This document shows positions 1 to 10,734 of a stretch of DNA of 59,938 nt, piece after piece (within the stretch, counting starts at the first letter, position 1; the number at the start of each line of letters is the position of its first letter). The DNA is taken from positions 1 through 59,938 of the IMG/VR virus record IMGVR_UViG_3300044970_000300; one strand, written 5' to 3'. The notes beneath the pieces are model-generated. The model had not been told where the DNA came from and ran no database searches. It worked only from the letters and a program-made list of their open reading frames with translations. Source of the stretch: a virus (Duplodnaviria > Caudoviricetes). A program made the translations under genes and the position numbers.

Positions 1-2
1 TG

Positions 3-50
3 ACGGCTGAGGAGACTGACCTTATGTCGCAAATTCTTGGCAATCAATAA
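3..50 (+). CDS. 3' end of an upstream ORF (partial), possibly the portal C-terminus if the genome is circularly permuted
   Basis: Open frame TAEETDLMSQILGNQ* ends at TAA 48-50; the portal ORF is cut off at the other end of the window. Confidence 0.4.
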   Translation, partial: TAEETDLMSQILGNQ

Positions 51-55
51 GTTGG

Positions 56-63
56 TATATTTG
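56..63 (+). promoter_or_regulatory. Bacteroidota-type -7 promoter element TATATTTG
   Basis: Matches TAnnTTTG, 4 nt before the ATG at 68. Confidence 0.7.
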
Positions 64-67
64 CATT

Positions 68-427
68 ATGGCAGCCCAGATTAACTTAGATACCGCACAG
101 AGAGTAGATATCACCTGTAGAAAGGGTGACTCATTCCGTCTTGAGCTCACGTTCAAGGACGACACTGGTGCCGTACTCAACCTCACTGGATACACCTGGA
201 AGCTCGACGTTAGGGAGACCGATACGTCATCATCGGCCATCATTGAGGACGACGCATTCACCTATAGCGGCACAGCACAGGGAATACTCACCATAACCGC
301 ATCTCCATCAACTATGGCAGCCGTAAGCGGAGGAATCTACGTGTATGACCTACAGAGCACTAACTCTGGAGCTGTGAAGACCTGGCTGTATGGAATCTTC
401 AAAGTAAACGAGGACGTTACGTTATGA
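68..427 (+). CDS. phage tail/baseplate-associated protein (BppU-N-like)
   Basis: RKGDSF..LNLTGY..W pattern typical of tail-associated Ig-like proteins; first gene of the tail cluster. Confidence 0.55.
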   Translation: MAAQINLDTAQRVDITCRKGDSFRLELTFKDDTGAVLNLTGYTWKLDVRETDTSSSAIIEDDAFTYSGTAQGILTITASPSTMAAVSGGIYVYDLQSTNSGAVKTWLYGIFKVNEDVTL

Positions 428-750
428 GTGATATAACCATCAACAGCGGCGAACAGATTAACGTAAGCGTACAGCAGCCGACCGTACAGACCACCATCGT
501 TGTCCCTAGACCTACCACGTCCCTGTCAATCAAGGGTGTCACGGGCGGTGGTGGTGACGCTCACTTCGTATATGAGCAGAATATGCCATCGGCAACCTGG
601 CAGGTCACGCATAACCTAGGCAAGAAACCATCGGTTGTTGTCGTTGACACCACAGAAAATACAGTCGTTGGAGATATCCAATATACATCCCTTAACACAC
701 TAACCATAACCTTTGTCGACTCTTTTAGCGGGAAGGCATACCTAAACTAA
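424..750 (+). CDS. small tail structural protein
   Basis: W-x-V-THNLG..P-S-V-V-V-V-D domain; ATGA overlap with the upstream gene. Confidence 0.6.
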   Translation: MSDITINSGEQINVSVQQPTVQTTIVVPRPTTSLSIKGVTGGGGDAHFVYEQNMPSATWQVTHNLGKKPSVVVVDTTENTVVGDIQYTSLNTLTITFVDSFSGKAYLN

Positions 751-757
751 GAATGAT

Positions 758-1915
758 ATGGCACTGAGTCATTTAGTTTCGCTTCAGCTCAACGGATATC
801 CCGTATTAGGTCTTCGTCCTGAGCACTTATCTACAGTTCAGATTACTGCGCTCAGCGGTGGTTCGCTGTACACTGGTAGAATCGTATACGACTCTACGGT
901 AAACAAAGTAAAATACTACGATGGTACCGCCTGGCACGATATCACTGGTGACATCCGCAGCGTAACCGCTGGCCTGGGTCTTACTGGCGGTGGAGACAAT
1001 GGCGAGATTACCATCAGCGTAGCTTCTAGTATCGCAGGTAACGGTTTGACTTGGGACGGCACAGGTACTGGCGTACTTAACGTCGGAACGAGTGACGGTC
1101 TTGAAATCACTGGCGATAACGTAAGATTCAAGAACGCACCTAGCCTGTCTGAGGGTAGACTCCTTTACTGGAATGACCTGAACACCCAGCTTGAGAACGC
1201 CAAGATTGTTCAGACTGCCGCCGTTACTCAGTCTGGCACTGTCTACACGATAACCATTGACGCTGAGGAGACGGTTGTGTCTGGTAACCTTACGGTTAAC
1301 GGACAGCTCACGTCTATCACTTCTAACGAGGTTAACATCGGTGACAGCATCATCCTGCTTAATTCTGACCTCGGCGCATCTACCGCTCCGACTCAGGACG
1401 GTGGTTTCTCTGTTAATCGTGGTAGCGCCGCTGACGTATCGTTCTTGTGGGACGAGACCAACGACCGCTTCACTACGGTTGACCAGCCACTGCACGTCGG
1501 TAGCCTGCCTACGCTGACTCCTTCGAATACCACGCAGGACCACTTCATTATGCAGAGCAACGCAGACGCTGGTGAGCTTCGTCTCGCTACGTTTACTTCC
1601 GTTGCTAACTACCTTGGACTGCCCATCTACTTCTCGTTGGATGCCGCACAGGGTAACGTAAGCAAGACTGGCAATGCCTACACGGTAACCCACAACCTGG
1701 GAACCAAGGCTGTTATGGCTGAGGTTATCAGCTACGCCACTCAGGAAACTGTGGTTGTTGATATCACAAGACCTACCGCCAACACGGTAGTAGTCACCTT
1801 CGGTGGTACCGTCACGGATAACGCATACTACGTCGTACTTTCAGGAACCAAGCGTACTGGTGATACCACCATTAGCCCAACCCCTGGTGATGCTCCTGAT
1901 ACGTCAAACGACTAA
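758..1915 (+). CDS. tail structural/fibre-like protein
   Basis: Gly/Thr-rich; carries the same C-terminal THNLG domain as the previous gene. Confidence 0.65.
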   Translation: MALSHLVSLQLNGYPVLGLRPEHLSTVQITALSGGSLYTGRIVYDSTVNKVKYYDGTAWHDITGDIRSVTAGLGLTGGGDNGEITISVASSIAGNGLTWDGTGTGVLNVGTSDGLEITGDNVRFKNAPSLSEGRLLYWNDLNTQLENAKIVQTAAVTQSGTVYTITIDAEETVVSGNLTVNGQLTSITSNEVNIGDSIILLNSDLGASTAPTQDGGFSVNRGSAADVSFLWDETNDRFTTVDQPLHVGSLPTLTPSNTTQDHFIMQSNADAGELRLATFTSVANYLGLPIYFSLDAAQGNVSKTGNAYTVTHNLGTKAVMAEVISYATQETVVVDITRPTANTVVVTFGGTVTDNAYYVVLSGTKRTGDTTISPTPGDAPDTSND

Positions 1916-1941
1916 TCATTGAGTACATTAGATGAAGAATA

Positions 1942-1968
1942 GGGAGGCAATAGCCTCCTTTTCTTTTT
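1942..1968 (+). terminator. intrinsic terminator
   Basis: GGGAGGC-AATA-GCCTCCT hairpin plus T tract. Confidence 0.75.
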
Positions 1969-1969
1969 G

Positions 1970-1977
1970 TACTTTTG
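1970..1977 (+). promoter_or_regulatory. -7 promoter element TACTTTTG
   Basis: TAnnTTTG upstream of tail fibre 1. Confidence 0.6.
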
Positions 1978-2003
1978 CTTATACTATATTAGGCTGGTAA
2001 ACT

Positions 2004-5000
2004 ATGAAGTTTTTATCTCAGATTAACGTCAACACGGAATACACCCTGCCGTTCGTTGATGGCAACAATGGGCAAGTATTGACGACTGACGGCCAAGGTG
2101 CTGTCTATTGGGGTAATGTAAGCGCAGGTTCTACAAGTCTTGATGGGCTAACTGACGTTGAGATTACGTCACCGCAGGCTGGCCAGATACTTAACTATAG
2201 TGTGCCGTTGGGTGGCACCGTACCAGTGTGGAGGAACATTACGTCTCCGTACGCCACGATAGCCTCTCCCGCATTCACTGGGATTCCGACGGCCCCCACC
2301 GCACCGACTGGTACTGATAGTACGCAAATCGCAACTACTGCGTTCGTAAAGGCTCAGGGATACCTATCATCAGCCTCATCAATCAACGACCTTAGTGATG
2401 TAACTATTTCAACGGTCACCACTGGGCAGATTCTGCAATGGAGTGGGACTCAGTGGGTGAATGCCACGCTGTCTACCGTTGATTACGTGTCTAAGGTTCA
2501 GCACCTCGTTAAGTGTGGTGTTGCCGTAGCCAAGGGTCAGGCGGTCTATGTTACTAGCGCTGACGGCACGAATATGATTGTCGGCCTTGCGTCTAACGCT
2601 AGTGAGGCCACATCATCTAAGGTTATCGGATTGGCCGTATCTACGGGTGCTATCAACGACCAAATCTTCGTTGTTACCGAAGGTCTAATCGCTGGCCTGA
2701 ATACGTCTACGGCAACCGCTGGTGACCCAGTATGGCTCGGAACTGGAGGCAATCTAATCTTTGGACTGCTTAACAAGCCAGTAGCACCAGCCCACTTGGT
2801 TTACTTAGGTGTTGTAACTCGTGTTCAGCAGAACAACGGAGAAATCTTCGTCAACGTACAGAACGGATTTGAGCTCAACGAGCTTCACGATGTGCTCATC
2901 AACGGAGTATCTACGGGACAGCTTCTTCGTAGAGACTCAGACGGCCTGTGGAAGAACTGGAGTCCTAATTTCTTGACGAGCTACACGGAAACTGATACGC
3001 TACAGACCGTAACCACACGTGGTGCAACAACCAACCTAGCAATTAGCGCAAACGGGGTAACGTCTCCGAACCTTACGTCTACTGCGTTGATGATTATCAA
3101 TGCTGACAGTAGCGGTTCGTTGCAGCCAGACCAAGGAAGCCCAGCCAATAAGATTCTGTCTTTTAGATGGCAGGCTAACGAGTACGGATACATCGACACT
3201 GACGGAAAGGTAACGCTTAACGGATTCAAGACTCCGACTGGCACGTCATCGCAGTTCCTTAAGGCTAATGGAACCGTTGATTCAAACACTTACCTGACCA
3301 CTACGGCCGCCGCTGGAACGTACACTACGTACGATTATGTAGATGATGAGATTTCTTCGGTAAATACTTACGTGGCTAACAACTTCGTTCCGAAGACCCG
3401 CACGCTCACCATCAACGGAACGTCTTACGACCTAAGTGCTAATAGGTCGTGGACCATTACTACTACTGACTCAACTAAGGTATCTAAGGCTGGTGAGAGC
3501 CACGACACGGTAGAGCCAAACAATCTAGGGGCTGGGGATGGAGGATTCTATACAGTAAAGAACGGTTTTGGGCCGAGCGGTGGTAATGATGCTTTGATTC
3601 ATATCCCATACTCTAATAGTTTATGGGCGCACCAATTAGCATTTGATTGGGCCCTTGGCAACGACCAGGATATGTGGTTCCGCACAAAGAATAATGGAAC
3701 CTGGCAGGGATGGAGAAAGGTATGGCACGACGGTAACTTTACCGACAACAGCACGAACTGGAATACAGCCTATAACGATAGAATCACGGCTGCTGCTGTA
3801 TCAGGAACTGGCACTAAGACGCTTACGCTCACTCAGGGAGACGGTGGAACTGTTACTGCTACGTGGACCGATTACGATACGGATAACGACGCTCAGACGA
3901 TTTCATATAGTTCTGGCACTAATGAATTGTCTATATCAAACGGAAACAGCATCACGCTTGACGGACTGGCTACTGAGGATTACGTATTGAGTCAAGGGTT
4001 TACCACCTTCCAACCTTGGAACTCTGGAACTGGGAGTATCAATTACACCGCTGGAAACGTAGGTGTTGGAACCGCCCTTCCAACCAAAAAACTACACGTA
4101 GTATCTGGAGACAATGAGGGGATATTTATGCAGGGCTCTACTAATGGAGGGCATTGGTTTGACTTTAAGTCTGCGAATTCCAACCACTGGTCAATGGGAG
4201 CACAGCCAGGGCTTATGGGGTGGTACAACCGTACTGATTCAACCTATAAAGTGGTTATTTCAGATGGTGGAAATGTCGGCATTAACACAACGAATCCAGG
4301 GGCTAAACTTCACGTAGTAGGAAACACATATATTCAATCAGGTGTTTTATTTGTAGACACTATTGCTGGTTATGCTACAAACTTAGTTTCAATAGCTGCC
4401 AATACAAACTTTACGGTTCCTTCTGGAATAATCACCGTAGCTAAAGACCTTGGTACAAATGATTACGCCAATGTCGGTCAGCACAATATGCAACTCCGAA
4501 TCAGGAAGTCATCACTGGATGGCGGCTGCGCTCCACGCTCACTAGAACTCGGCGTTCTTGATAATGGAACTGGTATCATTCAGGCTAACCATTGTGGGAT
4601 AGGATACAACACGCTTTCACTAAACCCAGTTGCTGGTTCTGTCTTAATAAACGGACAAACAGCTTGGCACGCTGGCAATGATGGCGCTGGTTCTGGGCTT
4701 GATGCTGATTTGCTTGATGGACAACACGGTTCATATTATGCTTCCGCATCTTCATTAGGTAGCTATCTCCCGCTAAGTGGCGGAACAATGACTGGCGACT
4801 TGACGCTAAAGTATAGCACTGCGGATTCTAGCGACTATAATGGTTTAATGTTTGCGCCATATAGCGATGCTGCAGGATTAAACGATTATATCATTAAGGC
4901 TGCTTCAGATAGAGGTGTATTTGGTCGAAAGTCTTTCGGATGGCACGTTCATACGGAGTCAGCATTTGGAGTATACTCAAACGGTTGGGAGAAACTATTT

Positions 5001-5342
5001 GGAGTTGAGGGCGGAACAGGAAACACTCAGGTATTTGGAAGTCTCACCGTAAATGGTTCAATCACAGAAAGCTCTTCTATCCGATACAAGAAGGACATAG
5101 TAGACATTGAGCATTCATCATCAAAGATTGAATTACTTCGTCCAGTACGATACAAGAAGATGAAAGACGAGTCTGAGGAGATTGGTCTTATAGCTGAAGA
5201 TGTAGCGGAGCTGTTCCCAGAGGTTGTTAAGTACGACAATGAGGGCCGCCCTGATGGAGTCAATTACTCTCGCCTAAGCGTAATTTTGCTGAAGGCTGTG
5301 CAAGAGTTAACAGAACGAGTAAACAAGTTAGAAAACAAGTAA
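2004..5342 (+). CDS. tail fibre 1 with C-terminal peptidase S74 intramolecular chaperone
   Basis: SPAFTGIPTAPT and GSGLDADLLDG fibre motifs; C-terminal SSIRYKKDI...IGLIAEDV..FPEVV plus coiled coil. Confidence 0.9.
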   Translation: MKFLSQINVNTEYTLPFVDGNNGQVLTTDGQGAVYWGNVSAGSTSLDGLTDVEITSPQAGQILNYSVPLGGTVPVWRNITSPYATIASPAFTGIPTAPTAPTGTDSTQIATTAFVKAQGYLSSASSINDLSDVTISTVTTGQILQWSGTQWVNATLSTVDYVSKVQHLVKCGVAVAKGQAVYVTSADGTNMIVGLASNASEATSSKVIGLAVSTGAINDQIFVVTEGLIAGLNTSTATAGDPVWLGTGGNLIFGLLNKPVAPAHLVYLGVVTRVQQNNGEIFVNVQNGFELNELHDVLINGVSTGQLLRRDSDGLWKNWSPNFLTSYTETDTLQTVTTRGATTNLAISANGVTSPNLTSTALMIINADSSGSLQPDQGSPANKILSFRWQANEYGYIDTDGKVTLNGFKTPTGTSSQFLKANGTVDSNTYLTTTAAAGTYTTYDYVDDEISSVNTYVANNFVPKTRTLTINGTSYDLSANRSWTITTTDSTKVSKAGESHDTVEPNNLGAGDGGFYTVKNGFGPSGGNDALIHIPYSNSLWAHQLAFDWALGNDQDMWFRTKNNGTWQGWRKVWHDGNFTDNSTNWNTAYNDRITAAAVSGTGTKTLTLTQGDGGTVTATWTDYDTDNDAQTISYSSGTNELSISNGNSITLDGLATEDYVLSQGFTTFQPWNSGTGSINYTAGNVGVGTALPTKKLHVVSGDNEGIFMQGSTNGGHWFDFKSANSNHWSMGAQPGLMGWYNRTDSTYKVVISDGGNVGINTTNPGAKLHVVGNTYIQSGVLFVDTIAGYATNLVSIAANTNFTVPSGIITVAKDLGTNDYANVGQHNMQLRIRKSSLDGGCAPRSLELGVLDNGTGIIQANHCGIGYNTLSLNPVAGSVLINGQTAWHAGNDGAGSGLDADLLDGQHGSYYASASSLGSYLPLSGGTMTGDLTLKYSTADSSDYNGLMFAPYSDAAGLNDYIIKAASDRGVFGRKSFGWHVHTESAFGVYSNGWEKLFGVEGGTGNTQVFGSLTVNGSITESSSIRYKKDIVDIEHSSSKIELLRPVRYKKMKDESEEIGLIAEDVAELFPEVVKYDNEGRPDGVNYSRLSVILLKAVQELTERVNKLENK

Positions 5343-5343
5343 T

Positions 5344-8300
5344 ATGGCAAATCTTTTAAGTACCACTGTAAATGGTCAGTTGAATACTGGAAACGTAATT
5401 GACCTTGGATATACGGTTAATGGTTCTATTGCAACCACCGCATTCCGTGGTATTAACTTTCATTCATTTGGCGACCTAAACTATTACATTGGTAAGCCAT
5501 CAGGAGCCTGGACTCAGCCATTGCATATCCACTTCTATACTGGCATTTGGATTCGTTCACATCATTCTTATGGTGGAACTAGATTTTACAACATTGCCAC
5601 TGGAAGTAATTTGATGTCTATTGGAGATGGTGCAGACAATATCAATGTTTATGCTAAGATAACTAGCAGTATTACTAGCGGAACTGTTTTATCTCACGGC
5701 TCAATGGATGATGCTATCGGGTGGAATAGCAGTTACGGTACTTACATTGGCTCTACGGTAGGAGGAACATCTTACTTGTACGCTAACGGAACACTTTATA
5801 CTGGCGGCGCCTACAGAACTCTTATCCACTCTGGTAACATCGGAAGTCAGTCTGTAAGTTACGCAACTACAGCTAACGTCGCTAATTTCTTCGGAGGATT
5901 TACAGCCTATGGCCTAGTAGAGGAAGCTCGTGGTGTTCACTCTGCGAGTGATTTTCCAAATGGAACTCTTGTTACCACAGACATTCAATCGAATGAGTGG
6001 GCTGGAGATTCATTTGTTATGGAGGTTTCAGGTAAGAGCTATGGTTCTGGAACTCCGTTCAAGCTTGCAATGGAGGGCTACTTATACGCTGATACGATAA
6101 TCAACGTATCTGCTATGTCATACGGTTCATACTTCCCTGCTCCAGTGAAAGTAATGAATCTCGATGGCACCCTTGCGTTCTGGTGGCCTCGTGGTTCGTA
6201 TTGGAACTCATTCCAAGTCCACGTTAGAGCCGCTGGTGGAGAATCTTGGAATCGTGTGACAGGCATAAGTGATTCCGTAGACCCACCATCAGCAACTAAA
6301 AAGATTTCTATTACTCCAGTACAAGTAATCCACACGAACAATATCGGCTCTCAGTCGGTAAGCTATGCAACGAGTGCTGGAGACGCTTCAACCCTTGGGG
6401 GTTTTGGTCGAGGAAATACAACTAACAAGGTTGCATACTTTGATGGCAGTAGAAACCTTTTTGTAAACAATCCAGAATCATACTCTGGTGAGGTTAGGCT
6501 TGGTGCGGCTTGGGGCCGTGGTGGTGTTTACGCATCTAGTACGTTGAGTCTGTCAACAAGCGGAACAGAAACTCATTTTGTATTTAACAATTCCGTTCCA
6601 ATCATTGCATACAGCAATGGACAAATAGACCTTGGTAGTTCAACCAACACTCCGATAAACATAACTGGAGGCGCTCACAAGTACATAACCATCAATCCTG
6701 GGAATGGATGGGAGGCTATGGTTCGTTATGTTGGCGGCTCTGGTTCTTCTTGGTACGTTGGAAAGAGAATGACATCTCAAGTTGTAGGAACTGAATCATT
6801 TCACTTCTATTCTGAAGCAGCTTCTCAGACAGTTGGCGGCATAGACACTAGTGGAAATATGATTGTCACTGGCTCAATGCGTGCTCCAATTTTTTACGAC
6901 TCTAATGATACTACATACTTCCTTGACCCAAATGGAAGTATATCTGGTATTTTCGCTGGAAGTGTAGGAATAAATAACACTTCACCCATTAACACTGCTT
7001 GGGGTAGTGCCTCCACAACAAAGCAATTGTCGATTGACGGAACTAACTATGCTGTAATAAACCTTTTAGGTGGCTCTAGAAGATTTTCTATGGGTGTTGG
7101 CGACGCACAGTTCTATATGTGTTATGACAACACGGCAGGCCGACACAACATTATTGTAAATAGTAGCGGTAGTGTTAGCATACCTGTTGATGTTAGGTCT
7201 CCAATCTTCTACGATTCTGCTGATACCAACTACTACGTAGACCCAAATAGCAACTCAAAACTTGTTAATCTCGGACTTGGTGGTGCGACTCCAGACCTTA
7301 GACTTAGCGTGTCTGGAGACATACATATGGATGGTTACATCTATCAAGGTGGTACTGCTGGTGTTGTAAATAGCTGGGGCTCTAGAACGCTTGTTAGTAG
7401 TGGCAACTATGTGTCAAACGCAAGGTCTTTTGCTTTCAACAATGTCGGTTATGGTTCGTCTTGGACGTTTGCTATTGCGTCCGATGGGGCAGTAACAACA
7501 AACAGACACATTGATGCAAACACCACTTGGACAAATAGTGCAACTACTCTCTTCCTTGGATGGTACGGTGGTAAGGTTGTAATTGGAAATAATAACAATG
7601 GCAATCACGATGCTGCGGCAGCACTTGGGGGTAATACTGTTATATCTACGAATCCACTGTATGCTCCAATTATTTACGACTTAAATGATACTGGATACTA
7701 CGGAAACTTTGCTGGTTTCTCTAGAATGTCAGAGGTTGGTACTACTAATCAATATGTATACAACTACGACAGTGTAGATTCTGGAAGAGCAGTTAACGAA
7801 TTTGGACACGTAGGAAAGTATGTTTCAACACAATCAGCATCTACGAACTACATCCCGTTCTCTTTTGAGAACAGATATGGAAACCACTCTTGGGGACACG
7901 TAGCACGTTTCCACATTAGCTCTGGAAGCGGAACTGACAGACCATCGATTCAGTTTTCTAGTGGATACAATAATACCAGATGGAGTGTTGGATACTGTAG
8001 TGGTACCGATGACAACTTTAGAATTACCCAAAATATGGGTATGCGACCAGATAACTCTGGAAACCACGATGAGTGGGGAACTGAGCGTTTTAGAATAAAT
8101 ACGGACGGTAGCATCTATATTTCTTCTTCTTTACAGGCGTATTCTTATCAGGGTCACTCTAACGTGGCTGGGACTGGTAATGCCTCATATCACCCATCTG
8201 GTATCTATTCAACTGGAACAAACTGGTTGTACGGAACTATGTATATGAATAACAATAGTATACGTGACGTACAAGAGATATACAATAATGGATGGTTTAG

Positions 8301-9534
8301 AACCGTTGGTCACCAAGGATTGTACAACCCAACAAATGATGCACACTTCTATCCAAACAACGCATCGTATGGTTCTTGGAGGATAGACGGAACAAGAAAC
8401 GGCTGGCACGGATTGCACTTTAATTCTGGCTCTACGTTAATGATGAACAGTGCGGAGACTGGAATTCACCGTGAGGGCTATGGCTGGCAGTTTAGATGGT
8501 ATAATGGTTCTATGTATGTTTCAAGAGGCACATATGGAGGCGGAACGGAGTATACAGTCATAGATAGTGGGACTATTGGTAGCCAATCGGTAAGTTATGC
8601 ATCATCCGCTGGCGGAGTGTCTTGGGGTAACGTAACAAGTAAACCATCAAGATGGCTAGGCGAAGCGAACCTAATCTATGATAACGCACCAGACACAGCG
8701 GTAGAAAGTGGATTTTGGCAGAGCTATTTGGGTTCTGGCAACCCAACTGGAACTTGGTTTAACTATATCAACGTAAGACACTCGAATACTGGAAACGTAC
8801 ACGGATACCAACTAGGTATGTCTTACTACGACAACAATCTATGGTTTAGAAGTTATCAGGGTAACGGAACATATCAGACTTGGTCTAGGGCACTAGGAAC
8901 AACCACTGACCCTTATCCATCTAATATGAATCAATACGTTCGTACTTCGGATGATGTAACATTTAATACTACAACTGCCCCAACAATCCTTGTAAACAAC
9001 CACTCAGATAACACGAAGGGTTACCGTATCCACAACACTAGCGGTTCTTCTGTTAGTGCGATGTTTACGAACTCATCCAATGCACTCGTTATTGCGGCAG
9101 GTGCATTTGACCAAATCAACCTCAACAAGAAGGTATACGTCAACGGAGTGGCGCTCGGTGTCAACGTAACGCCCTCATCAACCGCTGGACGTATTGACGC
9201 ATCCAACGACATCGTGGCCTACTCATCATCTGACGAGCGGTTGAAGCACAACATCACTCCGATTGAGAACGCCATCGATAAGGTGAAGTCTCTCACTGGT
9301 GTAGAGTTTGACTGGAAACCCGAGTACAAGCACGCACACGGATACGAAGGACACGACACTGGTATCATCGCACAGCAAGTACAAGAGGTTATCCCTAGCG
9401 CAGTAAGAACCAACGACACTGGATTCTTGGCTGTACGCTACGAGAAACTAATTGGTCTTCTGGTCGAAGGTATGAAGGAACAGCAGGCACAGATTGAAGA
9501 ACTCAAAGCGAAGCTAGATGGCCTTACAAAGTAG
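5344..9534 (+). CDS. tail fibre 2 with C-terminal peptidase S74 chaperone
   Basis: Gly/Ser/Asn-rich repeats; C-terminal SSDERLKHNI...GVEFDW...GIIAQQV plus coiled coil. Confidence 0.9.
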   Translation: MANLLSTTVNGQLNTGNVIDLGYTVNGSIATTAFRGINFHSFGDLNYYIGKPSGAWTQPLHIHFYTGIWIRSHHSYGGTRFYNIATGSNLMSIGDGADNINVYAKITSSITSGTVLSHGSMDDAIGWNSSYGTYIGSTVGGTSYLYANGTLYTGGAYRTLIHSGNIGSQSVSYATTANVANFFGGFTAYGLVEEARGVHSASDFPNGTLVTTDIQSNEWAGDSFVMEVSGKSYGSGTPFKLAMEGYLYADTIINVSAMSYGSYFPAPVKVMNLDGTLAFWWPRGSYWNSFQVHVRAAGGESWNRVTGISDSVDPPSATKKISITPVQVIHTNNIGSQSVSYATSAGDASTLGGFGRGNTTNKVAYFDGSRNLFVNNPESYSGEVRLGAAWGRGGVYASSTLSLSTSGTETHFVFNNSVPIIAYSNGQIDLGSSTNTPINITGGAHKYITINPGNGWEAMVRYVGGSGSSWYVGKRMTSQVVGTESFHFYSEAASQTVGGIDTSGNMIVTGSMRAPIFYDSNDTTYFLDPNGSISGIFAGSVGINNTSPINTAWGSASTTKQLSIDGTNYAVINLLGGSRRFSMGVGDAQFYMCYDNTAGRHNIIVNSSGSVSIPVDVRSPIFYDSADTNYYVDPNSNSKLVNLGLGGATPDLRLSVSGDIHMDGYIYQGGTAGVVNSWGSRTLVSSGNYVSNARSFAFNNVGYGSSWTFAIASDGAVTTNRHIDANTTWTNSATTLFLGWYGGKVVIGNNNNGNHDAAAALGGNTVISTNPLYAPIIYDLNDTGYYGNFAGFSRMSEVGTTNQYVYNYDSVDSGRAVNEFGHVGKYVSTQSASTNYIPFSFENRYGNHSWGHVARFHISSGSGTDRPSIQFSSGYNNTRWSVGYCSGTDDNFRITQNMGMRPDNSGNHDEWGTERFRINTDGSIYISSSLQAYSYQGHSNVAGTGNASYHPSGIYSTGTNWLYGTMYMNNNSIRDVQEIYNNGWFRTVGHQGLYNPTNDAHFYPNNASYGSWRIDGTRNGWHGLHFNSGSTLMMNSAETGIHREGYGWQFRWYNGSMYVSRGTYGGGTEYTVIDSGTIGSQSVSYASSAGGVSWGNVTSKPSRWLGEANLIYDNAPDTAVESGFWQSYLGSGNPTGTWFNYINVRHSNTGNVHGYQLGMSYYDNNLWFRSYQGNGTYQTWSRALGTTTDPYPSNMNQYVRTSDDVTFNTTTAPTILVNNHSDNTKGYRIHNTSGSSVSAMFTNSSNALVIAAGAFDQINLNKKVYVNGVALGVNVTPSSTAGRIDASNDIVAYSSSDERLKHNITPIENAIDKVKSLTGVEFDWKPEYKHAHGYEGHDTGIIAQQVQEVIPSAVRTNDTGFLAVRYEKLIGLLVEGMKEQQAQIEELKAKLDGLTK

Positions 9535-9919
9535 CGGTCCGATAAGCATCAACGATATCAGAGTAGAGTTGGGCCAAGCGCAGGCGAATAGCTCCCTGCG
9601 TACCCTCTCCTCTCTGGCTGGTAAGTCTACTCCTGACGCTATCAGCGAGTTCTATGGATTCTCAGCCTCGACAGCCTTCTCATTCTTATCTGGAGATGGT
9701 GACCCAGGCGGTTACAGTGACTGGAGCGCAGCGTGTGCGGAGGCATATAACTCAATCACCTTGTACTCGTCTAGCACATCACTAGCGGTAAACGTAACGC
9801 TCTACACGGACAACACGCTGTCATCTGGGTTTGACGGGCAGGGCCTATGGTATAAGTCGGGTTCTTCAGTATACGAAATACAAAGCGACGGCAAGATATC
9901 TTCCGTTCGTGGATGTTAA
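9518..9919 (+). CDS. tail fibre-associated protein
   Basis: MALQSSGPISINDIRVELG N-terminus, typical of genes following S74 fibres. Confidence 0.6.
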   Translation: MALQSSGPISINDIRVELGQAQANSSLRTLSSLAGKSTPDAISEFYGFSASTAFSFLSGDGDPGGYSDWSAACAEAYNSITLYSSSTSLAVNVTLYTDNTLSSGFDGQGLWYKSGSSVYEIQSDGKISSVRGC

Positions 9920-9927
9920 TGTTTTTG

Positions 9928-9935
9928 TATATTTG
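9928..9935 (+). promoter_or_regulatory. -7 promoter element TATATTTG
   Basis: TAnnTTTG in the intergenic gap. Confidence 0.65.
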
Positions 9936-9957
9936 TAACCACTAATTAGTTATCACA

Positions 9958-10338
9958 ATGGCTGTAATCGCAACTGTAGACAAGTTCGGCATCACCTTCG
10001 CCGACGCTTATCACAAGGTAACCCGTCTCACGTACGAGTCTACCGACCAAAAGACCTATGTATACGCTGCACCCGCAGAACCCTCAGTAGATGCTGATGG
10101 CAATCCCGTACCTCCGATGCCCACCCCTCCGACCGAGGCTTGGGTTAAGAAGAACTTCTGCCACTACGAAGTAGCTACCTACGCATCTGAGGAGACTCGT
10201 GAGGCGCACGCTGAACCTATCTACCGCACGCACTTTAGCTTTGAGCCCGTGCTCGAGGCTGAAGCCGCTGACATCCTCGTACAAGCATACGACCACCTTA
10301 AGGCTCAGGCTGGCTACGAAGACGCTGTAGACTGCTAA
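9958..10338 (+). CDS. hypothetical protein, probable fibre assembly factor
   Basis: C-terminal QAYDHLK..Y.DA.DC motif; position after the fibres. Confidence 0.5.
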   Translation: MAVIATVDKFGITFADAYHKVTRLTYESTDQKTYVYAAPAEPSVDADGNPVPPMPTPPTEAWVKKNFCHYEVATYASEETREAHAEPIYRTHFSFEPVLEAEAADILVQAYDHLKAQAGYEDAVDC

Positions 10339-10364
10339 ACAATAACCCCAAATCTTAATTCACT

Positions 10365-10640
10365 ATGGCACAGATTTCTGAAGCCCAATTAAATTCTGCA
10401 CGTGAGATTCGTGCTAAGCAGCAACAAATCCAGATGGAACTTGGTGCTCTCTACGTAAGCGAGAAAGACCTCGCAGCACGTCAGGAGACCCTCGTTGCAG
10501 AACTTCGCAAGAGCGGTGAGGAGATTCAGTCTCTGATGAACGAACTTGCAGAAGAGCACGGCCACGGAACCCTAAACCTTGAGACTGGTGAGTTCACCGT
10601 CCAGGAGCAGGAGACCCCCGAGCTGAAGGTTGTGAAGTAA
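10365..10640 (+). CDS. small coiled-coil protein
   Basis: Coiled coil followed by HG.G.LNLETGEF. Confidence 0.6.
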   Translation: MAQISEAQLNSAREIRAKQQQIQMELGALYVSEKDLAARQETLVAELRKSGEEIQSLMNELAEEHGHGTLNLETGEFTVQEQETPELKVVK

Positions 10641-10666
10641 CACATCCTCGTCCTTAATCAGAAGTT

Positions 10667-10692
10667 AAGCCCCGCTAGGGGCTTTTCTTTTT
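10667..10692 (+). terminator. intrinsic terminator
   Basis: AAGCCCC-GCTA-GGGGCTT plus T tract. Confidence 0.75.
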
Positions 10693-10734
10693 GCCTTACT
10701 TTTGTAACCAGTTGAAAACCATTCAGTTAAGCAG

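Noticed and set aside
827-1693. Long antisense ORFs such as 827-1693 and 34675-35379
   Set aside because: They shadow strongly biased real genes on the other strand and show no recognisable motifs
2004-9534. Diversity-generating retroelement targeting the fibres
   Set aside because: No reverse transcriptase and no TR/VR pair with adenine-specific differences seen
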